NCBI GenBank assembly: GCA_947649575.1
Contig: CANSRZ010000006.1
Coordinates: 12,957-76,956 of the forward strand
DNA length: 64,000 nt
Direction: 5' to 3'
DNA from: an uncultured Clostridia bacterium
Lineage (GTDB): Bacteria; Bacillota; Clostridia; Christensenellales; UBA1242
A program made the translations under genes and the position numbers. This document shows positions 56,074 through 64,000 of this stretch, in pieces. Under the pieces are notes generated by a model that made no database searches, was not told where the DNA came from, and saw only the letters and a program-made list of their open reading frames with translations. The first letter of the stretch is position 1, and every line of letters begins with the position of its first letter.

Positions 56074-58100
56074 TGGAACAGAACATAAAAGACTTCTTAG
56101 ATAATTATGCACCTGGGAATCACTGGTCATCGAAATCAATGGAGTTGAGTCGTAACGAGGATAAAGGAACATATTGGTATCTTAAAAAATTTGTAACTTT
56201 CTATTATTATGTTTTTATTCAAAAGAAGTTAGACAGAGATGGTCTAAGACAAATTTCAGCGATATTCGAAAATTATTGCAATAGTGTGCCTGAGGAAGCG
56301 CGTGATAAGGCTTTTAGTTTTTTCTTTGAGAGAGATTTAAGAAAAATTGATGAAATAATTACCCTAAACGAATATCTTTTTAATACCGACGCTATAGCTA
56401 ACGATTCAGCTGAAATGGACAATGCAAGAAAGTATTATTTTTCTTATCTTTTAAATATTGATGAGCAAAATCCTGAGAAAGAATTAATTTTTACAACAAC
56501 CATTGCTGAAAGAAATTATTTTAAAGGAATTAAACTTGCAAAAGACTTGTTCGAAGATAAAGAAAAGTTTAAGAAGTTAGTGCCAGATGTCCATGCATTT
56601 TTGAGAAACCAGAGACAAATTCTTTATGTCCTTGGATTAGTTAACTATACCAAAATTAACAATAAAGAAGAATACGCGCCAACCGATATAGGAAAGCATA
56701 TTGTATTTGCTAATTATAATGAAATGATACTTTTGTTGGAAATCCAAAAGCTTAGACAGGTATCCAGAAATCCATTAGTAATATATAGCGAAGATTATAA
56801 CAGGCCAAGAAATAGGCAAATAAAAGAGAATGCTGATAAAACTATAATCAATAAGGGCCATATATGTTCGCACCCATATTTAGTGTTGTTAAGATATCTC
56901 ATAAATAATAAAGAATTATCAACTAAAAATTATATGTTTATTGTATCTAGGCTTTCTAATTTGCATAATCTTGAAAATTGCGTAAAGTTAACAGTAGAGA
57001 ATGTTGACGTATTGCCAATAATGGTAAACAATAAAGATAAAGAATATTATACACCCGGATCTAATTCAGGATCTGACGATTTTGTATTAAGGCCAGAAGA
57101 TTTTAGTAAAGAATATAAAAAATATGTACAGGGTATTTTTTCTGTTGATGCTGATTATAATTCCAACTTATTATCTATTGGGAAACTAGGAACTCACGTA
57201 TGTAAAATATCTAATTTGGACAAAGCAAGTGCTCTGTATAAAAATTATTTTAATATTGTAAAATATCTGGATGATGTTTATAATGCAATCTATGAAAATA
57301 TAGACAATGTTCATAACAAAAAATATGCTACACATATAAATAGAGGCCGATACAATTACAAAAATCCTATATATCTTGCGGCAGTTGAAGATTGGTTAAA
57401 CTATTTTGTATCATCAAATACTAATATAATAAGGATGATGTTAAAAACAGTCTCTGAAATGAATGGTTTACAAAAACAAAACATTAAAAAGATTTATCCC
57501 TACCTTTGTGAGCAAGTATTAAAGGTAAAAACTGCTCAGGATATTGAAAACATGTTTAAAAACACTGCACTATTGGAAATTGAGACTCCTGTTGTAGTGG
57601 TAAGAAATAAAGTTACAGAGAACATGTTGATAACAGAGTCTAAAAAATATTTAAATATAATGAATGACTTTACTCTAGAAAGAAAAAGAAATGTAGCATT
57701 AAGAGATCAATATGCATCATTTAAAATGCAACACAATCACGACATTTGCGAAATTTGTGGAAATAAATTAGCGAAGGAAGTAAATGGAAATTATATATGT
57801 AATTACCATCATATATTACCTTTCAATGAGGCTGGTGCGCTTGGACCAGATCATTACTTAAATTTAATCGGCATTTGTTCTAATTGCCATGATAAACTTC
57901 ATTCAAAAATCACTTGCAATGAGCGAAAAGAAATGTATAATGCTATACTAATCAATTCTTGTTTCACCAAGGATGTGTTTGAAAGAATCCTCAAAATGTA
58001 TAAAGATGGATATTTGTTTAATGCATCCCTCGAATACGCAGTGGCAATGGGAATGATTACGGAATCTCAAAAAATAGAGATAATTAATAGTAGGAGTTAA
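56073..58100 (+). CDS. Restriction endonuclease candidate with a C-terminal HNH nuclease domain
   Basis: CEICG...YHHILPFNEAG...NLIGICSNCHDKLH (CxxC-HH-N-CxxCH). It is operonic with two methyltransferases. Confidence 0.65.
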   Translation: MEQNIKDFLDNYAPGNHWSSKSMELSRNEDKGTYWYLKKFVTFYYYVFIQKKLDRDGLRQISAIFENYCNSVPEEARDKAFSFFFERDLRKIDEIITLNEYLFNTDAIANDSAEMDNARKYYFSYLLNIDEQNPEKELIFTTTIAERNYFKGIKLAKDLFEDKEKFKKLVPDVHAFLRNQRQILYVLGLVNYTKINNKEEYAPTDIGKHIVFANYNEMILLLEIQKLRQVSRNPLVIYSEDYNRPRNRQIKENADKTIINKGHICSHPYLVLLRYLINNKELSTKNYMFIVSRLSNLHNLENCVKLTVENVDVLPIMVNNKDKEYYTPGSNSGSDDFVLRPEDFSKEYKKYVQGIFSVDADYNSNLLSIGKLGTHVCKISNLDKASALYKNYFNIVKYLDDVYNAIYENIDNVHNKKYATHINRGRYNYKNPIYLAAVEDWLNYFVSSNTNIIRMMLKTVSEMNGLQKQNIKKIYPYLCEQVLKVKTAQDIENMFKNTALLEIETPVVVVRNKVTENMLITESKKYLNIMNDFTLERKRNVALRDQYASFKMQHNHDICEICGNKLAKEVNGNYICNYHHILPFNEAGALGPDHYLNLIGICSNCHDKLHSKITCNERKEMYNAILINSCFTKDVFERILKMYKDGYLFNASLEYAVAMGMITESQKIEIINSRS

Positions 58101-58101
58101 T

Positions 58102-58917
58102 ATGATCAACACTTTAGAAAAAAAATTAAATACTATTATATGCGGTGATTGCTTAAAAGAGTTAAAAAAACTTCCCGAAAATAGCATAGATTTAATTGTA
58201 ACAAGCCCTCCGTATGATGATTTGAGAACTTATAACGATTCTGCAATATGGAATCATGAAATTTTCAAACCAATTGCGAGACAAATTTATAGAGTTATGA
58301 AACCTGGCGGCACTGTAGTTTGGGTTGTTGGAGATAAAACAGAAAATGGAAATAAATCGTTGACCAGTTTTAAACAATGTTTATACTTTCAAGAAATTGG
58401 TTTTAATATATTTGACACCATAATTTATGAAAAAACAGGATCAGGACCACCTCATCCAAACAGATATTTCAATACATTTGAATATATGTTTGTATTATCA
58501 AAAGATGGAAAACCTAAAACTATTAATCTATTGAGAGATAAGAAAAATAAACATGGCGGGAAGTCGACATTTGGTGAAGTTACTCGTAGAGAAAAAGATG
58601 GATCTTTAACCAATAAAGGTAAGAAAATTGTAAATGATTTTGGAGTGAGAACAAACATTTGGAAATATGCAAATGGCAAAGGATTTTCAACAAAAGATAA
58701 AATTGCCTATGAACATCCTGCAATATTTCCTGAAAAATTGGCTGAAGACCATATAATTTCTTGGTCGAATGAAGGCGATATAGTTTTGGATCCTTTTGGA
58801 GGCAGTGGCACGACTTGTAAGATGGCTGTTAAAAACAATCGAAAATTCATTTATATTGATAAAGTTCCTGAATACTGCGAAATAGCAAGAAAGAGGATTG
58901 AACACCATGGGAATTAA
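58102..58917 (+). CDS. DNA methyltransferase, beta class (N4-C or N6-A), M1
   Basis: Motif IV TSPPYDD precedes motif I DPFGGSGTT. Confidence 0.85.
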   Translation: MINTLEKKLNTIICGDCLKELKKLPENSIDLIVTSPPYDDLRTYNDSAIWNHEIFKPIARQIYRVMKPGGTVVWVVGDKTENGNKSLTSFKQCLYFQEIGFNIFDTIIYEKTGSGPPHPNRYFNTFEYMFVLSKDGKPKTINLLRDKKNKHGGKSTFGEVTRREKDGSLTNKGKKIVNDFGVRTNIWKYANGKGFSTKDKIAYEHPAIFPEKLAEDHIISWSNEGDIVLDPFGGSGTTCKMAVKNNRKFIYIDKVPEYCEIARKRIEHHGN

Positions 58918-60232
58918 ATGTTTAATTTTAGAGGAAAGATTCAAAAACTTGCAAAATAAATTAAGTAACTATTTGCAAAAATTGCAAGATAACGCAAATG
59001 TTTTTGTTTTAGTATCCAATGAATATGATAACGATAATTGCATTACTTATAGTTTTTTAGATTCCATTAATTTATGCATAAAAAATGGATTGCAATATAT
59101 TAATACGATTATAGTCCCAGTAGAAAAATCTTGCAAATTTGATAATGTAAAATATATATTATGGTTTTCAAAAGATAAAAATAATCTTATCTTTGATAAA
59201 GATTCTATAAGAGAAAAATCAATATGGAAAGATGTTGAATGGGGGAAAAGAGAAAAGAACTATAATCCTAAAGGCAAAGATCCTGGGAATGTTTGGATTC
59301 CCACAAATGATGATGGGAACGGACATATTACAGAGCATATTTTAATGACACAACAACAAGTCATTAATAGAATACAAAAGATGTCTAATGCTACACAAGT
59401 AGAGACCATTGTAGATTTGAATCCTATTAAAAACACAATAAAAATTTCAAATGATAACGTTCATAATATAGAAACAGATGTTAGAACAAAGTATGAAGTT
59501 ATATTTGACAGCTCTGAAAATATGAAACCTATAAAGGATAATAGCGTTTCATTGGTTGTAACCTCTCCACCTTATTGGGATTTAAAGAACTACTTTAAGA
59601 GTGGCCAAATTGGACAAGAAAGTTATGATAAATATTTAGAGAGAATGAAAAATGTATGGAAAGAGTGCTCACGAATTCTCAAAGATGATGGGTCTATTTG
59701 GATTAACATAAACATCAGAGTAAAAGATAATTATCCCATTTTAATTCCTTATGATTATGTTAATCAATTTAAAAATTTAGGGCTATTCTTGAAACAAATT
59801 TTTATCTGGCATAAATCCTCTGGAATACCAACAGGTGCAAAAAACATCGTTGATAGACATGAATATGTGCTTGTTTTTACCAAAGACAAACACACAACAA
59901 TAACTGTTGGAAGGTATAACGATTATAAAAATCCTAAAATTAACGAAACAAATATTTGGAATATTAATCGTAAAGCAGGAAGTGTCGGCAAAAAATATAT
60001 TCATCCAGCAATATATCCTACAGAACTTACTAATAGAATTATCAATGATATGACTCAACCTGGTGATATGGTATGTGATCCATTTCTAGGAAGTGGGACA
60101 ACACTTATCAGTTGCTTAAAGTTAAAAAGATCCTTTGTTGGATTTGAATATAATGAAGGCTTTAAAGATTTGATAATTAGTCGAATAAATAGTGATACTT
60201 CAAACAATATAAAAGATGTAAAATTTGTTTAA
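58907..60232 (+). CDS. DNA methyltransferase, beta class, M2, with an about 200-aa N-terminal extension
   Basis: VVTSPPYWD then DPFLGSGTT in the C-terminal half. It overlaps the M1 stop by 11 nt (alternative TTG at 58898). Confidence 0.8.
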   Translation: MGIKCLILEERFKNLQNKLSNYLQKLQDNANVFVLVSNEYDNDNCITYSFLDSINLCIKNGLQYINTIIVPVEKSCKFDNVKYILWFSKDKNNLIFDKDSIREKSIWKDVEWGKREKNYNPKGKDPGNVWIPTNDDGNGHITEHILMTQQQVINRIQKMSNATQVETIVDLNPIKNTIKISNDNVHNIETDVRTKYEVIFDSSENMKPIKDNSVSLVVTSPPYWDLKNYFKSGQIGQESYDKYLERMKNVWKECSRILKDDGSIWININIRVKDNYPILIPYDYVNQFKNLGLFLKQIFIWHKSSGIPTGAKNIVDRHEYVLVFTKDKHTTITVGRYNDYKNPKINETNIWNINRKAGSVGKKYIHPAIYPTELTNRIINDMTQPGDMVCDPFLGSGTTLISCLKLKRSFVGFEYNEGFKDLIISRINSDTSNNIKDVKFV

Positions 60233-60258
60233 GAACGGAATGAAATCCGTTCTTTTTG
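60233..60258 (+). terminator. Intrinsic terminator of the R-M operon
   Basis: GAACGGA-ATGAAA-TCCGTTC followed by a T-run. Confidence 0.75.
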
Positions 60259-60272
60259 TTTATAAAAACAAT

Positions 60273-60529
60273 TGTCATAATTGTCACAAATGTCACAAAT
60301 GTCATAAATGTCATAAACAGATATTCTATATAAAGGGATTTTATTGTCATTCGTCATTATTGTCATTTTTGTGACAAATGACAATTGTGACAATTAATTT
60401 TAATAAAAATCATCTGTCATTCCTGTCATTGCTGTCACTACTGTCATAAAATTGTAAATTCCTATACTAACAAATTTTCCTGTCATCTGTCATTACTGTC
60501 ATTTTGTGACGGATATGACAGGAGTGACA
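60273..60529. repeat. Field of 21 TGTCAY hexamers in four clusters (two 9-bp-phased direct arrays; two 3-direct plus 3-inverted palindromic sets)
   Basis: Direct 9-bp-phased copies at 60273/82/91/300/309 and 60415/24/33/42. Palindromic sets at 60345-60392 and 60481-60529. Confidence 0.85.
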
Positions 60530-60654
60530 GAAAATTTTATATAAACAAAAGTTTTGAATCTCGGTCGAAACCGAGATTTTTTATTTTTATATTTTTTGTT
60601 GGTGGCCAATATTGGTCGCTATTTTTTACATTTTTCAACAAAAAATTCTTCCTG

Positions 60655-60885
60655 CGTTGTCAATTGTTGACAACGGTGAAATCTTAAAATTAATTTGAAA
60701 ATTTTTGAGGGTTTGTCAAATGGTGACAATCCCTAACTGCTAAAATCATCGTGTAACCATAGAAAAGTGCTAAAAATTTTTCTGGAGTTGTCAAATGCTG
60801 ACAACTCCAAAACGCTAAAATGCTTTCATAAAAAGTTGCAAAAATTTTAAAAAACTTTTTAGGTGTATCAAATGCTGATACACCT
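60655..60885. repeat. Four spaced inverted repeats built on a TGTCA/TGACA core, three of them followed by N5-GCTAAAAT
   Basis: Hairpins at 60655-60675, 60709-60733, 60784-60808 and 60861-60885. The arms differ between copies but stay complementary. Confidence 0.8.
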
Positions 60886-61013
60886 GATGCGCTAAAATAG
60901 CATTAAACCATGAGTTTGGTTTTACCGAAGGACTGCAGCCTTCGTTAAAATATAATCGAAGTTAAGAACTGATCAATCTTAACCGAAGTGCAAAATTTTA
61001 AAAAGGAGTAAAT

Positions 61014-61688
61014 ATGAGAGAATACATCTTTGATTTTGATCAAAAAACAATGATGGACTTAGATCTATCTACAGAGGAGGCTTTACTATTAGATTATTTA
61101 GTGAAGTTCTTTGACAGTGGATGCGCGGTTTCGAGGAATATTAACGGAAGGAAATTTTGTTGGATAACTTACAAGAAAATACTTTCCGACTTGCCTGTAT
61201 TAAGAAAACGCGAACGTCAAACACGAAGGATAATTGTCGGATTAGAGAATAAAGGACTTATTAAAAGATACTTGGAAAACAAAAATCGCTTATTCATTTA
61301 TATCGACCAAGAGATTTTATTTTACGGTTATGACGGTAGTCCATGTCTGTCCCACGACAACCTTACGGACTTATATAGCCTACCTCTCGGACAAAATGTT
61401 CCGCCAATAGTGAGATATTATAAAAATAAAATTAAAATATTAACTAGAAACGCGCGCGTGAAGGATTTGGATAAAAACGAGTTCTTGTTAAGGTTAAAAC
61501 AAAAGATTAAACCGCAAATAAGCGAGTATGCTTTTAATACTCACTTCAAGAATGCTGAAGTTGATTCGATATCGGACAAGCTGATACTGCTTTCAGTCAC
61601 AGCTGCGAGCGAGTTTAAGAATAGGCCAAATAATCCATTCGAGATAATAGTTAAAGAGATTATTGATGAAATGGTTGCTCAGTTATAG
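61014..61688 (+). CDS. Winged-helix DNA-binding protein, candidate replication initiator/organizer
   Basis: AAGGAG RBS. LLLDYL...W-x-TYKKILSDLP...RRIIVGLENKGLIKR pattern resembles wHTH replication proteins. It is flanked by repeat fields on both sides. Confidence 0.4.
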   Translation: MREYIFDFDQKTMMDLDLSTEEALLLDYLVKFFDSGCAVSRNINGRKFCWITYKKILSDLPVLRKRERQTRRIIVGLENKGLIKRYLENKNRLFIYIDQEILFYGYDGSPCLSHDNLTDLYSLPLGQNVPPIVRYYKNKIKILTRNARVKDLDKNEFLLRLKQKIKPQISEYAFNTHFKNAEVDSISDKLILLSVTAASEFKNRPNNPFEIIVKEIIDEMVAQL

Positions 61689-61760
61689 CCAAGGGGGATC
61701 TAAATCTCTACGAGTTTCGCTTTTACGAGCGGGCGCGGAAACACGCGTGAATTTTCGCGA

Positions 61761-61927
61761 AATCAAAAATCAAAAGCTAAAAACGGAAATTGCCCCAAAT
61801 TAAAGGAATTTTAAGGTTTTTACCGGAAAAGTTTGATAAAAAATCAAAATAAAAATCAAAATAAAAATCAAAATAAAAATCAAAAAATAATCAAAATAAA
61901 TCAAATTTCAAAGAAAATCAAATAAAC
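61761..61927. repeat. AT-rich AATCAAA(A)T iterons, including 3.5 exact 12-bp tandem units
   Basis: AATCAAAATAAA repeats from 61842, with further degenerate copies on both sides. Confidence 0.8.
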
Positions 61928-62133
61928 GCGCTGTGTGGCGAGTTTTGGATTTGGTTGATAAATTGCTCAAGAAAGTTATTTTCTCGCAAATGCCGCGCTA
62001 TTTAGGGCAAATGCCGGCATAGTTTGAATTGAAATAAATTATTTGAAAGTAACTTGACTTATTTTTAGATTAGAGGTAACTTACCTGCTAACCTATAAAC
62101 AGGTCTTTACGGTTACACCACAGGAGGTTGTTT

Positions 62134-62352
62134 ATGGGAAGAATTAGGACTATCGCAGAAACATTACAAATGCTAAAGAAAGAAGATCCAAGCACTAGGC
62201 TATCGGAGTTCTTGATCAGAAAACTTGCTAACAATTACAAAATCCGTTCTATCAAAACGGGAAACAAGTTGCTAATAGATTACGATTCGCTGGTGGCATT
62301 TCTTCAAAGCAAAAATTATGAACTGCCGATGGAACAAATTATTGTAGATTAG
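62134..62352 (+). CDS. xis: Excisionase-type helix-turn-helix protein
   Basis: AGGAGG lies 6 nt before the ATG. It is a small protein directly upstream of the integrase, with a Tn916-Xis-like pattern (IRTIAET...LSEFLIRKLA...KTGNKLLIDYDSL). Confidence 0.65.
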   Translation: MGRIRTIAETLQMLKKEDPSTRLSEFLIRKLANNYKIRSIKTGNKLLIDYDSLVAFLQSKNYELPMEQIIVD

Positions 62353-62359
62353 GAGGTGT

Positions 62360-63754
62360 ATGATGGCGTGTATCAGAAGAATAGTGTTACAAGATGGCAA
62401 CATTTCTTACAAGATTCAAGCAAAGGCAAAAAACGAATTGACTGGAAAATTTGAAACCAAGACAATAACTTGGCGCAAACCACCAGAGATTAACGAAAAG
62501 CAATGTCAAAGAGAATTGCAAAGAGTTGCCTTTGAATTTGATGATAAGTTTAGAAAGCAGATGAGCGGTTTATTGGCTATCGATAACGACATTACTTTTA
62601 TGGAGTATGCGCGCAAGTGGACAGAACGAATTAAGATTACAGAGTCGCTGAACTATTATGTGCGCAGTCTTGATTCGCTTAAGAAGTTTGAAGATTACTT
62701 TGGGTAAGTTAAGCTAAAAAATATAACGCCTACAATGGTGCAAGGCTTTATTAATAAACTTAGTTGCACGCCATCAAAACGCCATTCTGCAAAATTAAAA
62801 ATAGATTTAGATCAATTTATAAAATCGCACTTTGCAACGCAAAGCGAAGTATGTAAAAATAGCGGAGTCTCTAGGTCAATCTTTTACTCTGCTAAGAGCG
62901 GACATAACATAACTATTGAAAATGCGAAAATGATTAGCGAGGCTTTGGGTGCGAAGTTTAATGACATATTTGAAGTTGTTGAAGATTGCCATCCCTATGC
63001 AAAAGAAACAATTTCAAAGCACAAAAGAACTTTGCATACCATATTGGCCAATGCAAAGCGTGAAAGATTGATTGAACACAACTTTGCGTCAAAAGATTAT
63101 ATACTCCCTATTCGAGGGGAAAAGAAGGAAGTTAGAATTCTTAATGACGTAGAGGCAAAGCAACTTGTTAAAGCGCTGGAAAATGAACAAAATTATCAAT
63201 GGAAGTATTCTTTATTGATCTCAATATTTATAGGTATCAGGCGCGGCGAACTTGCGGGACTTCAATGGGAAGATATTGACTTTGACAGTAAAACAATGAC
63301 AATCGCGAGGTCTGTGCAAGACATCCCTAAATATGGACTTATTATCAAAGATCCAAAGACAGAAACGTCAAAGCGTGTATTGTCAATGCCAGATAAGTTG
63401 GTTGATTATTTAAAGGAATATAAAATTTGGTGGGATAAACGCAAAAATTACTTCGGTGATAGATGGAAAGATACAAAGATGCTATTTTGCAATGAAAATG
63501 GCAAACTTATAAGTCCTGGACTCTTTAGAGTTTGGTTGCAGAAGATATTATTTCGTGAAGGCTTGCCGATAGTGACTCTGCACTCTATTCGCCACACAAA
63601 TATTACTCTTCAATTAATGGCTGGCGTGGATATGAAAACCGTATCAGTCCGCGCCGGACATGCCCGCGCAAGCACAACATCGGATTTCTATAGCCATTTT
63701 ATAAAGAACTCCGATATTCATGCAAGCGAGATTATAAATAAAATTTTTGAATAA
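62360..63754 (+). pseudogene. int: Tyrosine integrase (Tn916-like architecture) interrupted by an in-frame TAA at 62705-62707
   Basis: Both ORFs (62360-62707 and 62735-63754) are in the same frame, and the translation reads ...EDYFG*VKLKNITPTMVQGF... across the stop. Catalytic motifs RRGEL, HSIRHT, GHARAST and Y (DFYSHF) are present. Confidence 0.7.
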
Positions 63755-63802
63755 TTTTAATATTTATTATCACTTTTTAGAAAAGTATGTTAAAATATGA
63801 GT

Positions 63803-64000
63803 TATGAAGGTATTGCTTGATACGAATATAATTGTCTATAGAGAAGCAAATGAAGTCTACAACACTGCAGTTGGAGATTTGTTTTATTGGTTAGATAAAC
63901 TTCATTATGATAAATTTATTTCGCCTCTTTCAATAGAGGAAATAGATAAATATGAAGATAAACGAGTAGTTAATACTTTTAGAACGAAGTTAAAGAGTTA
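63803..64000 (+). CDS. PIN-like domain protein, 3' end outside window
   Basis: Starts MKVLLDTNIIVYRE, a PIN-type D-x-N pattern, and stays open to the window end. Confidence 0.4.

Larger units (their letters stand above)
54299..63754. mobile_element. Putative integrative element or remnant (R-M cargo, repeat/ori region, rep-like gene, xis, interrupted int); ends not defined
   Basis: Mobile-type gene content and tRNA-half scars on the left. No matching terminal repeats were identified. Confidence 0.35.

Noticed and set aside
60655-60900. Reading the TTGACA-like hairpin arms plus GCTAAAAT as four ordinary sigma-A promoters.
   Set aside because: The spacing from the right arm (TGACAA) to TAAAAT is about 12 nt, and from the left arm about 22 nt. 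Neither fits the 16-18-nt window, so a simple promoter interpretation is not supported.
62705-62707. In-frame TAA in the integrase as evidence for stop-codon reassignment or programmed readthrough.
   Set aside because: TAA and TGA clearly terminate many well-defined genes in the window (for example dnaK, dnaJ and uppP). A point mutation or a sequencing error is the simpler explanation.

Overview
This is an AT-rich chromosomal segment that looks Bacillota-like, judged by eye from gene content and strong AGGAGG-type ribosome-binding sites; no database search was possible. It uses the standard code, with both TGA and TAA serving as stops.

Positions 1-38.4 kb are mostly housekeeping. They carry addB'/addA, metG, uppP, a P-type Ca-ATPase, holB-yaaT, a TrmN6-like methyltransferase, spmAB, rsmA and tatD. 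The heat-shock operon is hrcA-grpE-dnaK-(GNAT)-(PPase-like)-dnaJ and has a CIRCE operator. Large lineage-specific membrane and surface proteins and several families of intergenic repeats are interspersed.

Positions 38,461-50,729 hold a 12.3-kb element integrated into tRNA-Ala(UGC), bounded by a perfect 46-bp direct repeat. It combines four modules:
- a tyrosine integrase with an XRE repressor;
- a Zot/pI-like morphogenesis ATPase with small membrane and secreted proteins, which resembles an inovirus;
- a Rep of the eukaryotic CRESS-DNA-virus type (HUH endonuclease plus SF3 helicase) placed next to a 19-bp stem-loop that has TAGTATTAC in its loop, flanked by GCGTCA iterons;
- a PP-loop (PAPS-reductase-like) gene translationally coupled to an orphan MazF toxin.
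This element is the most unusual object in the window.

Positions 50.9-64 kb are a second accessory region. It contains an AAA+ (SpoVK/CbbX-like) fusion protein with a small partner, and two truncated tRNA-Arg(CCT)-like 3' halves that look like integration scars. It also has a C-protein/HNH-endonuclease/two-methyltransferase restriction-modification operon. Downstream lie a dense field of 21 TGTCAY hexamers, a hairpin array showing compensatory changes, and a winged-helix Rep-like gene followed by AT-rich 12-bp iterons. The region ends with an excisionase and a tyrosine integrase interrupted by an in-frame TAA.

All functional calls rest on motifs read directly from the translations.
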